Of a stretch of DNA of 47,554 nucleotides, positions 11,943 through 19,799 are shown one piece after another. The notes below the pieces were generated by a model that did no database searches, was not told the origin of the DNA, and saw only the letters and a program-made list of their open reading frames with translations. The position numbers and the translations under genes were made by a program. How positions within the stretch are numbered: the first letter of the stretch is position 1; the number at the start of each line of letters is the position of its first letter. The stretch is from the IMG/VR virus record IMGVR_UViG_3300025671_011049, positions 1-47,554 of that record; one strand, written 5' to 3'. This DNA comes from a virus. Lineage: Duplodnaviria; Caudoviricetes.

Positions 11943-12547
11943 AAATATTTTGTATAGGTTATAATAAAACTGGAACAACTTCATTATCTTGTATAATGTC
12001 TAACAATAATATATCTGTTGCACCACAGCAACCATTTGAATATAACTTAGAATCATATTTTTATGAAAATTATAATACTTTTACAAACATGATAAAATAT
12101 GATTATTATAATATTACATTTTTTCAAGATGTGCCATTTTCACTACCATATTTCTATAAATTTTTAGATAAAGAATTCCCTAATAGTAAATTTATTCTAA
12201 CAGTTAGAGACGATGAAAATGAATGGTATGACTCATTAATTAGGTTCTATAAAAAAATTTTTATAAATTTTCACAATCCACACAAAATTGATTCATATGT
12301 TTATAAAGGTATTTTATTTAAAATATTAACTAAAACGTGGGAGGCACCCAAATATGACCCATATAATGAAAAAATACTTAAGGAGTCTTATTTAAAACAT
12401 AATCAAGACGTTGAAAATTATTTTAAAAATACTAATAAACTACTTAAGATTAACTTAAAAGATGAAGATTTAATAGAAAAAATAGAAAATTTTTTAGATT
12501 ATAAATTCAAAAATAAAGATATACCTCATTTAAATAAATCAATATGA
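11939..12547 (+). CDS. Sulfotransferase-family protein
   Basis: 5'-PSB IGYNKTGTTSL and 3'-PB KFILTVRD..WYDS. Confidence 0.8.
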   Translation: MKIFCIGYNKTGTTSLSCIMSNNNISVAPQQPFEYNLESYFYENYNTFTNMIKYDYYNITFFQDVPFSLPYFYKFLDKEFPNSKFILTVRDDENEWYDSLIRFYKKIFINFHNPHKIDSYVYKGILFKILTKTWEAPKYDPYNEKILKESYLKHNQDVENYFKNTNKLLKINLKDEDLIEKIENFLDYKFKNKDIPHLNKSI

Positions 12548-13125
12548 AAAAAGCTTTATTAGGTTATGGAGGACATGCCAGAGAAGTACTTTTTCAAATA
12601 GGTGAAAATTTACCCTGTTTTGTTGATGATAGTTTAGTATGTGCAAACACTTTACCCTTATCACAATTTGATCCTAACCAATATAAATTATTAGTTGCTA
12701 TAGGTGATAGTAAAATTAGAAAAAAATTAGTAAATAAGTTGCCTCCATCTACACAGTTTTTTACATTTATCCACCCTACTGTTATTTTAAGTAGATTTTC
12801 AAATATCACAATAGGAGAAGGAAGTTTTATAGGAGCAAATTCAATTATTACTACAAATATAAAATTAGGAAAACATACTTTATTAAATAGAGGAAACCAT
12901 ATAGGACATGATTCAACCATAGGAAATTATTTTAGTGCTATGCCAGGAGCTATAGTATCAGGAAATGTTAATATAGGAAATAATGTTTATATGGGAACTA
13001 ATTCTACAATTAAAGAAAAAATTACTATATGTGATAATGTAACTATTGGCCTTAATAGTGGTGTTGTAAAAGACATAAATAAACCTGGGGTTTATGTAGG
13101 TACCCCTGCAAATAAGATAAAATGA
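12544..13125 (+). CDS. Sugar O/N-acetyltransferase (NeuD/PglD family)
   Basis: GYGGHARE, AIGDSKIR, IHP, hexapeptide repeats, GHD, VGTPA. Confidence 0.92.
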   Translation: MKKALLGYGGHAREVLFQIGENLPCFVDDSLVCANTLPLSQFDPNQYKLLVAIGDSKIRKKLVNKLPPSTQFFTFIHPTVILSRFSNITIGEGSFIGANSIITTNIKLGKHTLLNRGNHIGHDSTIGNYFSAMPGAIVSGNVNIGNNVYMGTNSTIKEKITICDNVTIGLNSGVVKDINKPGVYVGTPANKIK

Positions 13126-13805
13126 AAATCCATATATTTTACAGACATTTTAATATAGAAGGTAATGATTTTAAAGGAAGACCTAAATGGTTTAACTTTG
13201 AAAAATGTTTTCTAAATCTACTTTCTACTATTAAAGATAAAAATGTAGATCTCCATGTAGTAATGGATGGAGATGTTTATAGTAATTTTATAGACAAGTA
13301 TAAAGAACATTATACTTTACACTCTATTAAAGCAGGTAATGACCAATCTTCATTTTTTCAAACTTGGGATATTGTAAAAAATCTTAATATACCTAATACT
13401 GATTTAATTTATTTTCTAGAAAATGATTACCTTCATGTTGATGATTGGGTTGAAATTGTAACAAATTTATTTGAGACCTATCAAGGATTACATTATGTAT
13501 CCCTTTATGACCATAATGATAAGTATTTTTTACCTATGTATGAAAATTTAACCTCTAAAATATTTACTACAAGTAAGCATCATTGGAGAACAACTCCTAG
13601 CACTTGTGGTAGTTTTATAATCTCAAAAGATATATTTGAAGAAGATTTTATTGACCACACTACAATAGTAGGAGACCACAACAAATTTTTACAATTAACC
13701 CAAACTAAAAATAGATTTGTTTTAACTCCCATACCTGGTTTATCTACTCACTGTATGGAAGGATTACTCTCTCCTACTATTAACTGGCAACAAATAAATT
13801 CATGA
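13122..13805 (+). CDS. GT-A-fold glycosyltransferase-like protein
   Basis: IYFLENDYLH, YVSLYDH; located in the glyco cluster. Confidence 0.65.
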   Translation: MKIHIFYRHFNIEGNDFKGRPKWFNFEKCFLNLLSTIKDKNVDLHVVMDGDVYSNFIDKYKEHYTLHSIKAGNDQSSFFQTWDIVKNLNIPNTDLIYFLENDYLHVDDWVEIVTNLFETYQGLHYVSLYDHNDKYFLPMYENLTSKIFTTSKHHWRTTPSTCGSFIISKDIFEEDFIDHTTIVGDHNKFLQLTQTKNRFVLTPIPGLSTHCMEGLLSPTINWQQINS

Positions 13806-14566
13806 TATCAGTAATTATACCTACTTATAAATCTCCTGAATATTTAGATTTATGTCTTGAATCTGCTCTTAAGGGACAGAAAAATAATAACGAAATTATA
13901 GTTGTAACAGATGGTTACTATGATTTAAATAAATCCATACTAGACAAATACCCAGAAGTAAATGTACTTGATTTAGGTAATAACCAAGGATTATCTGTAG
14001 CTACTAATTGGGGAGTTTACAACTCATCAAATAATTATATTTTAGTAGTAAATGATGATAATGTTTTTCCTCAAAATTGGGATGTTGAATTAGAAAAACA
14101 CCTAAATAAAGGTAAAGTAATTACTCCAAACCAAATTGAACCTAAACCTTCTATGTTTAAACAATTCCATATTAAGGATTTAGGTAAAAATGTAGAGGAA
14201 TTTGACTTAAATAAATTCTGGGAGTATGAACAGACTCTAACTCAAACCCCAGATAAAACAGGTTCAACTTTACCTTTTGCTATGTATAAACCTGATTACT
14301 TAGCAGTTGGAGGTTGGGATATTATGTACCCTTCTCCCCATGTGGTAGATTGGGACTTTTTCCTTAAATGTGAATATGCTGGGTATGAAATGATACGTGT
14401 ATATAAACATTTTTACCATTTTGCAGGAGTATCTACACGTAAAACTCCAGAACAAAATGCTGAATCTAACCATAAAGAACAATTGGCTCACCAATTTTTT
14501 ACTAATAAGTGGGGGCAATTAGCTAAACATAACCCCATTAATAACTCGAAGTTACTAGATTTTTAA
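13802..14566 (+). CDS. Glycosyltransferase family 2
   Basis: ISVIIPTY, VNDDNV, GGWD, DWDFFLK, YHF. Confidence 0.9.
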   Translation: MISVIIPTYKSPEYLDLCLESALKGQKNNNEIIVVTDGYYDLNKSILDKYPEVNVLDLGNNQGLSVATNWGVYNSSNNYILVVNDDNVFPQNWDVELEKHLNKGKVITPNQIEPKPSMFKQFHIKDLGKNVEEFDLNKFWEYEQTLTQTPDKTGSTLPFAMYKPDYLAVGGWDIMYPSPHVVDWDFFLKCEYAGYEMIRVYKHFYHFAGVSTRKTPEQNAESNHKEQLAHQFFTNKWGQLAKHNPINNSKLLDF

Positions 14567-14578
14567 ATATTTATAACC

Positions 14579-14926
14579 ATGGGTAGGAAGAAAAAAGAGC
14601 GAGAAATTCTTTCATTAGAAATACTTTATGATCATAAGGAAGAACTTAATGAATTAGTTGAAAGTGAAGATTTCCATCAATTGTTGTTAGATGAATCTAT
14701 AAAAGTAATAGAGGAATCTTTAAAAATAAAAGATAACGAAGTTAAACTATTCTCAATTACTAATTTAGATTGTTTTCTCTTATTAAAAAAATCTAATTTT
14801 CCTAAAGTTATAGATAAAACTATAAAGTTTTATGAAGCTAAAGAAGATTATGATAAGTGTGCTGAGTTAATTAAGTTAAAAGGAAAGGTTAATGAAACAA
14901 AGAAAGGAACTAAAAGAGGTAATTGA
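14579..14926 (+). CDS. Hypothetical protein with UvrB/UvrC-like C-terminal hairpin
   Basis: YEAKEDYDKCAEL motif. Confidence 0.6.
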   Translation: MGRKKKEREILSLEILYDHKEELNELVESEDFHQLLLDESIKVIEESLKIKDNEVKLFSITNLDCFLLLKKSNFPKVIDKTIKFYEAKEDYDKCAELIKLKGKVNETKKGTKRGN

Positions 14927-15302
14927 GAAAATTCTAGGTTCTTCCCTTGAAATGAGTGTTATCCATGATACTGAAGAGGATAAACTAAAATCAGAATTTC
15001 TTGCTACTATAGATTTATTTGAAAAAGTTTGGAAACGCCAAAACCATCTAGAAGATGAAATGGGGCTTGACTTTTCAACCTACGATGATGATTTTTTTAA
15101 AGTAATTGAAGGTATAATACACTTTAGTTTCGCCCCTGCTGCTTCAGAAGCTATTTTATTTTACATCTATTCTAGATATGATGAAGAAGATAAACTTATA
15201 CCTTTTGTTGATGTAGATGGTGAGGAACATTTAATGGCTAATTCGGAGGATTTGTGGGAATACTTGTTGTATCTCACAGACCAAATGATGTTAAATAACT
15301 GA
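14892..15302 (+). CDS. Hypothetical acidic protein
   Basis: 136-aa ORF in the operon. Confidence 0.7.
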   Translation: MKQRKELKEVIEKILGSSLEMSVIHDTEEDKLKSEFLATIDLFEKVWKRQNHLEDEMGLDFSTYDDDFFKVIEGIIHFSFAPAASEAILFYIYSRYDEEDKLIPFVDVDGEEHLMANSEDLWEYLLYLTDQMMLNN

Positions 15303-15303
15303 T

Positions 15304-15930
15304 ATGCCTAAAGCAAAACCACTATCAGCTGAACAAATTAGAGCAGCAGTTAATAAAACTAAATCAAACCGCGCTGCGGCAAGATACTTAGGTGTTTCTT
15401 ATATTCACTATAAGAAATGGGCTAAAAACTATGATGCCACTGAAGAAGGTTATGAAAATATCTTTGAGCAACATAAAAACCAATCAGGCAAAGGTATCCC
15501 CAAGTTCTTAAATGGAGGTAAAAAAACACCTGCAATAGTAGATATAATTGAGGGTAGAATCGATCCTTCCCACTTTGATGCTGCTAAAATTAAGGATAAA
15601 TTAATAGCTGAAGGGTATTTAGATGAATGCTGTAGCAACTGTAAATTTAGTGAAAGAAGAGTGCTAGATTATAAAGTTCCTTTAATTATGAACTTTAAAG
15701 ATGGAGAAAAAAAGAATTATAAATTAGATAACGTAGAACTCCTTTGTTATAATTGTTATTTTCTGCAAGTTGGAAATATATTTAGTGATAGACAAATCCA
15801 AGGAATGGAAGAACATAAAACCGTGTATGAAAGTAAAGTAGATTGGAAAATTGATGACTACCACTTACAACGTCTAAAAGAACTTGGATTAGAAGACGAC
15901 AACGAATTAGATTTAATTTCTAGAATATGA
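15304..15930 (+). CDS. HTH plus degenerate HNH-like zinc-binding protein
   Basis: N-terminal RAAARYLGVS helix-turn-helix; CSNC...N...NVELLCYNC, with the catalytic His apparently replaced. Confidence 0.65.
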   Translation: MPKAKPLSAEQIRAAVNKTKSNRAAARYLGVSYIHYKKWAKNYDATEEGYENIFEQHKNQSGKGIPKFLNGGKKTPAIVDIIEGRIDPSHFDAAKIKDKLIAEGYLDECCSNCKFSERRVLDYKVPLIMNFKDGEKKNYKLDNVELLCYNCYFLQVGNIFSDRQIQGMEEHKTVYESKVDWKIDDYHLQRLKELGLEDDNELDLISRI

Positions 15931-16640
15931 AAACACTAAACTGGTCAGGATACAGATGGATTACCCAGGAAAGATGGGGTGAAATACATAAAGACAAATC
16001 TTGGTGTTGGTATGATGAAGAAAGAGTAAAGGTTGATGATAAAAAATACTTACATTTAGAAACATTTAAAAATCCTAAGGACTTTACACTTGACAATAAA
16101 TCCATCACTTCTAATTATGGAGTAGGTTTAGTGTCAAGTGTAAGAGATTTTGGGTATGGATATTTTGAGATTGAAGCTAAACTCCCAACAGGTAAAAAAC
16201 TTTGGCCTGCATTTTGGATGTGGAGTAGTCCTTGGCCCCCCGAAATTGATGTATTTGAAGGTTATACCGATAACCGAACAGGATATTTAAAATTCAACAG
16301 ATTTAACCCATTAGGGTGGTGGAATATCCCTTCTAATATTTGGACTCACACTAACTCTTCTAATAATAAAGCAGTTAATTTAAAACCTAGAACTGGGTTT
16401 TGTGGGTTTGATAATCCTGCTAAAAAATTTCTTAAATACTCATGTTTATGGACTGAAGATATTATAGAAATAAAACATAATGGTTATGTTGTTAGACAAA
16501 TAACTAATCCTGAACAACTTAAGTACTTTAAGGGTAAGAAAATGAATGTGATTATTAATAATCATTTCCAACCTAATCCTCCTAAAGGAGATAATTATAG
16601 TGATTTTGTTGTTAAATACTTTAAATATGAAAAAGCGTAA
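15927..16640 (+). CDS. Glycoside hydrolase family 16
   Basis: YGYFEIEAKLP, LWPAFWM, catalytic EIDVFE. Confidence 0.9.
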   Translation: MKTLNWSGYRWITQERWGEIHKDKSWCWYDEERVKVDDKKYLHLETFKNPKDFTLDNKSITSNYGVGLVSSVRDFGYGYFEIEAKLPTGKKLWPAFWMWSSPWPPEIDVFEGYTDNRTGYLKFNRFNPLGWWNIPSNIWTHTNSSNNKAVNLKPRTGFCGFDNPAKKFLKYSCLWTEDIIEIKHNGYVVRQITNPEQLKYFKGKKMNVIINNHFQPNPPKGDNYSDFVVKYFKYEKA

Positions 16641-16782
16641 ACATCAAAAGTTAGTAGATGATTATCAAACTCAAAAAAATAAACATCTTGAAAAACTTGC
16701 CACAAAAACCTTGGAGAACGATGAAAAGATGCGTAAATTTAAGGAAAAGAACATAAACGATAAATTTCTAGACTTATTTTGA
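16627..16782 (+). CDS. Small basic hypothetical protein
   Basis: MKKRKHQK... ORF overlapping the GH16 stop. Confidence 0.6.
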   Translation: MKKRKHQKLVDDYQTQKNKHLEKLATKTLENDEKMRKFKEKNINDKFLDLF

Positions 16783-16783
16783 G

Positions 16784-17104
16784 GTGGTTTACGTAAAGAA
16801 AATACAAGTAAATAGCTATGATGAATGGCTCAAAATGGCTTTAACCCAAAAATTCACTATTTCACAAACAATAGTAGAAACAATATTAGATAATATAGAT
16901 ACTAAAAGAAATAAACTACCAATATTTGAAGTAGAAGTAGAAAGCAAAGGTGATATCTATACACTCTCAGTTGAAACAGACCAATTTATTAAAACATTAG
17001 AAACAAACCTCATTCATTATGAAAATGAAGAGGCATATGAAGGTTGTCAAAAAATTATTGAAGCTATAAATTATTTAAAATCAAAGAATGGCAAGAAAAA
17101 TTAA
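16784..17104 (+). CDS. Hypothetical protein, similar to 14579..14926
   Basis: YENEEAYEGCQKI motif. Confidence 0.6.
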   Translation: MVYVKKIQVNSYDEWLKMALTQKFTISQTIVETILDNIDTKRNKLPIFEVEVESKGDIYTLSVETDQFIKTLETNLIHYENEEAYEGCQKIIEAINYLKSKNGKKN

Positions 17105-17228
17105 TGCCTTTGAATTTGCCCAAGGTAACAATTCAGTGAAACGACCTGGAGTTCACTCTAAAACAAAATCCAGTAAAAACAAAAATTCACGTAATTATAA
17201 AAAAGCCTATAAAGGACAAGGACGATGA
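17088..17228 (+). CDS. Small highly basic protein (46 aa), not in the ORF track
   Basis: MARKINAFEFAQGNNSVKRPGVHSKTKSSKNKNSRNYKKAYKGQGR*. Confidence 0.7.
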   Translation: MARKINAFEFAQGNNSVKRPGVHSKTKSSKNKNSRNYKKAYKGQGR

Positions 17229-17395
17229 GCAAGAATAGTATGCAACAACGCTATCAGCAGTTTAAGGAATGGGATCGTTTTATGGAAAACGAATACCCTA
17301 AGTATAAGGAGCGTAAGAAAAAACGCCGTAAACGACCTACTGAAATTCCATTTGTTGATGACGAAGATTTAGATTTTTCACAATATGGAATTTGA
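17225..17395 (+). CDS. Small hypothetical protein (56 aa), not in the ORF track
   Basis: ATGA overlap with the previous gene; MSKNSMQQRY...SQYGI*. Confidence 0.6.
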   Translation: MSKNSMQQRYQQFKEWDRFMENEYPKYKERKKKRRKRPTEIPFVDDEDLDFSQYGI

Positions 17396-17660
17396 TCAAG
17401 AGCCTATAAGTGTTGAGGAAGCTATAAACACCTTACCTGAAAAGGATTTGGTGTTTATAGCAACCTACAACCCTGTAGCATTTAAACAAATGTGTTTAAT
17501 GTTATCTCTTGAACAACAACTTAATCGTGAAGGTAAATCTTTTCACAAACCTGTCGTATTAGAAGCGGGGGAAAACGAAAATTGGTTCGTATATTTACGA
17601 CGAAAGTTACAGGAATGGCTATTTTCAAAATTACTAAAGATGGCGTTACCCAAACCGTAA
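17385..17660 (+). CDS. Hypothetical protein
   Basis: ORF track; the 3' part overlaps a promoter and the next gene. Confidence 0.5.
   Translation: MEFDQEPISVEEAINTLPEKDLVFIATYNPVAFKQMCLMLSLEQQLNREGKSFHKPVVLEAGENENWFVYLRRKLQEWLFSKLLKMALPKP
17566..17597 (+). promoter_or_regulatory. Early-type promoter (family copy)
   Basis: CGGGG-N17-CGTATATTTA. Confidence 0.6.
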
Positions 17661-18031
17661 GCCAAGAATCATCTCAATTTACTATCATTCCTGATGGTAA
17701 AACGAAATTTTATTCAATTCAAAGAGTTATGTATGAACATGAGCATTGGATGCCACCGGCATTAGTTAACATTGGAGATAAAAAATATATTATCCCTACA
17801 TGGAAAGAAGTCCATGCTGATACTACTCTTGAAGATGTTTTCCACATCAAACCAGAAGTAAAAAAACCAGTTAAGGAAGAAAAAACATTTGCTTCAAAGA
17901 GCGATCCAACAATTACCTATAAAGCAACTCGCACTACCTACCCTTCAGGTGAAGTAAAAATGTACTGCAATTGCCCAGGTAAGTGGAGAGCAAAAGATGG
18001 AATGTGTAAGCATTTAAAATCCTTTGCATAA
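17615..18031 (+). CDS. SWIM zinc-finger protein
   Basis: CNCPG...CKHL (CxC-xn-CxH); ATG 17615 follows the promoter. Confidence 0.75.
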   Translation: MAIFKITKDGVTQTVSQESSQFTIIPDGKTKFYSIQRVMYEHEHWMPPALVNIGDKKYIIPTWKEVHADTTLEDVFHIKPEVKKPVKEEKTFASKSDPTITYKATRTTYPSGEVKMYCNCPGKWRAKDGMCKHLKSFA

Positions 18032-18034
18032 AGG

Positions 18035-18066
18035 TGTGGGATTTTGAAAATTCGTTCGTATATTTA
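18035..18066 (+). promoter_or_regulatory. Early-type promoter (family copy)
   Basis: TGTGG-N17-CGTATATTTA. Confidence 0.75.
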
Positions 18067-18131
18067 ATCAAAAGAAAGAAATGATGACTGAAGAACAATT
18101 TAACGAAATGTATGAAGATCGTTTTGCTATG

Positions 18132-18163
18132 GTTGGTGATTTAGTAGATACTTCGTATATTCA
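18132..18163 (+). promoter_or_regulatory. Early-type promoter ahead of the tRNA cluster
   Basis: GTTGG-N17-CGTATATTCA, 16 nt before tRNA-Leu. Confidence 0.7.
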
Positions 18164-18179
18164 ATAAAAGATATAATAT

Positions 18180-18265
18180 GGCCGGATGGAGAAATTGGTA
18201 TACTCGACAGTCTTAAACACTGTTTCCCAAACACGGGAGTGCGGGTTCGAGTCCCGCTCCGGCTA
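18180..18265 (+). tRNA. tRNA-Leu(UAA)
   Basis: Acceptor GGCCGGA/TCCGGCT, anticodon arm ACAGT-CTTAAAC-ACTGT, long variable arm, T arm GCGGG-TTCGAGT-CCCGC; no encoded CCA. Confidence 0.9.
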
Positions 18266-18274
18266 CTAAAACAT

Positions 18275-18348
18275 GCCCCTGTAGCTTAACTGGATAAAGC
18301 AACGCACTTCTAATGCGTAGAGTTTGAGTTCGAGTCTCAACGGGGGTA
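18275..18348 (+). tRNA. tRNA-Arg(UCU)
   Basis: Full cloverleaf; ACGCA-CTTCTAA-TGCGT. Confidence 0.93.
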
Positions 18349-18366
18349 CTTTTTGTTCTTTGACAT

Positions 18367-18440
18367 GCACTTGTAGCTCAGTTGGTTAGAGCGTTGAACT
18401 CATAATTCAGGGGTCCTTGGTTCGAGTCCAAGCAGGTGCA
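18367..18440 (+). tRNA. tRNA with CAU anticodon (elongator Met or Ile2)
   Basis: Full cloverleaf; TTGAA-CTCATAA-TTCAG; lacks the initiator's three G-C pairs. Confidence 0.9.
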
Positions 18441-18448
18441 CTTAATAT

Positions 18449-18525
18449 TGTCTGGTATCGGCTCTGCCTTATACGCAGTTGAAACCGTAATTGGTTACAT
18501 GTGGGTTCAATCCCCACCCAGACGA
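18449..18525 (+). tRNA. Non-canonical D-armless tRNA-like RNA, anticodon UAU, long variable arm
   Basis: Acceptor TGTCTGG/CCAGACG, 8-nt linker instead of a D arm, CTGC-CTTATAC-GCAG, variable arm AACC-GTAATT-GGTT, T arm GTGGG-TTCAATC-CCCAC, discriminator A. Confidence 0.7.
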
Positions 18526-18529
18526 CACC

Positions 18530-18688
18530 TGTTGTGTGAGTTGGTTTGGTAGCAGCACAACACCTGGTCGGAGGCTAACCACTCACGGGCCTAGGAAATC
18601 TACTTAAGTGTAGCGTCTTTAGACTATTTTGTACGAAACAAAATATCCAGTTGGTAGTCTGACACTACAAGTACCCCTTCGGGGGTGC
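18530..18688 (+). ncRNA. Unidentified structured RNA within the tRNA cluster
   Basis: Stems TGTTGTG/CACAACA and GTGAGT(T)GGTT/AACCACTCAC; long stem TACTT..GTAG.GTC..AGACTA/TAGTCT-GAC.CTAC-AAGTA; GTACCCC-TTCG-GGGGTGC hairpin. Confidence 0.6.
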
Positions 18689-18694
18689 GGATCT

Positions 18695-18768
18695 GATCTC
18701 TTAGCTCAGCTGGTTAGAGCATCTCACTTTTAATGAGAAAGTCGTCGGTTCGAATCCGACAGGGATCA
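18695..18768 (+). tRNA. tRNA-Lys(UUU)
   Basis: Full cloverleaf; TCTCA-CTTTTAA-TGAGA. Confidence 0.95.
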
Positions 18769-18811
18769 CTTTTAATGATGTGTTTTTGGTAAAAGTCATA
18801 TATTTATGACC

Positions 18812-19219
18812 ATGAAACAATGTCAACGCTGTAAACAAGAAAAACCATTAAATGCCTTTAATAACAATAAAAGAGAAAAAGATGGTAAACAAAGAGCATG
18901 TCGTGAGTGTACTAAAAAAGAACATCGAAAGTGGTATAATGAAAATCGAGAAACTCAATTAATTAAAAATGAGGAACTTCGAATAAAAAAAATAGAAAAA
19001 TACATAGAATTTAAAAAACAACATAAATGTGTTAAATGTGGTGACAACAGACATTACGTTCTAGATTGGCACCACAGAGACCCCTCAACCAAATTAGCTA
19101 CTGTATCTGATTTAATTGGTAAATCTAATAAAAGATTGTATGAGGAAATAGCTAAATGTGATCCAATATGTCGTAACTGTCATGCTGAATTACATTGGTT
19201 AGAAAAACAAAATAGCTGA
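18812..19219 (+). CDS. HNH (homing) endonuclease inside the tRNA cluster
   Basis: N-terminal CxxC..CxxC zinc finger; CVKCG, LDWHH.DP, CDPICRNCHAELH. Confidence 0.85.
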   Translation: MKQCQRCKQEKPLNAFNNNKREKDGKQRACRECTKKEHRKWYNENRETQLIKNEELRIKKIEKYIEFKKQHKCVKCGDNRHYVLDWHHRDPSTKLATVSDLIGKSNKRLYEEIAKCDPICRNCHAELHWLEKQNS

Positions 19220-19230
19220 AGACTGCGCAC

Positions 19231-19304
19231 TCTCCCTTAGCTCAGTTGGTTAGAGCATCTGACTGTTAATCAGAGGGTCCTTGGTTCGAGCCCAAGAGGG
19301 AGAG
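19231..19304 (+). tRNA. tRNA-Asn(GUU)
   Basis: Full cloverleaf; TCTGA-CTGTTAA-TCAGA. Confidence 0.95.
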
Positions 19305-19337
19305 CTATATTTATTATAAGTAAACTGTTAGAATGAA

Positions 19338-19637
19338 ATGCAAGGAAATCAATATATGCCCGACAGGGCATTTCAAGACAATCCCTACTTAACCAACTAC
19401 GGAAACGTAATGCCTCCTGGTGGTGGAAATGGAGGTGGAGGTGGAGGAGGAGGAGAGGACTGTACTCCCTGTTATGACCCTAATCCTCCAGGATGGTGTA
19501 ACAATCCAAACAATGCCTGTTATAATTGTTGTAACAACATTCCTATTGACTTTGGCCCAGTAGGCTTGATTTTGTCAATGGCGTTTGGTATATTATTATT
19601 AAAATTAAAACAAAATGAAAAAATTAATCGCGTTTAG
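19338..19637 (+). CDS. Gly/Cys-rich small protein with a PID-CTERM-like sorting tail
   Basis: ...CCNN-IPIDFG, then a hydrophobic helix, then KLK. Confidence 0.6.
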   Translation: MQGNQYMPDRAFQDNPYLTNYGNVMPPGGGNGGGGGGGGEDCTPCYDPNPPGWCNNPNNACYNCCNNIPIDFGPVGLILSMAFGILLLKLKQNEKINRV

Positions 19638-19794
19638 TTTATGTGCTCTATTTTTATCATCATGTACTATGCATCGTGAAGCTAAAGCACGACGAGTAAA
19701 TGCTCGTCATTCAGCTCCTGGAAAAGGCAGTACTTATTGCCCCCAAACTTATGGATACAATGATCATTGGAAACAATCTCGTAAAAATAATTAA
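19615..19794 (+). CDS. Small lipoprotein (59 aa), not in the ORF track
   Basis: MKKLIAFSLCALFLSS-C lipobox. Confidence 0.7.
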   Translation: MKKLIAFSLCALFLSSCTMHREAKARRVNARHSAPGKGSTYCPQTYGYNDHWKQSRKNN

Positions 19795-19799
19795 TTAAA

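Noticed and set aside
18449-18688. tmRNA, SRP RNA or hammerhead ribozyme
   Set aside because: There is no G3-U70 alanine acceptor or tag ORF between the acceptor halves, no SRP helix-8 motif and no CUGANGA core.
19419-19453. GGN triplet runs (also 30765-30788) as a G-quadruplex or contingency repeat
   Set aside because: They are explained by poly-Gly linkers with mixed codons.
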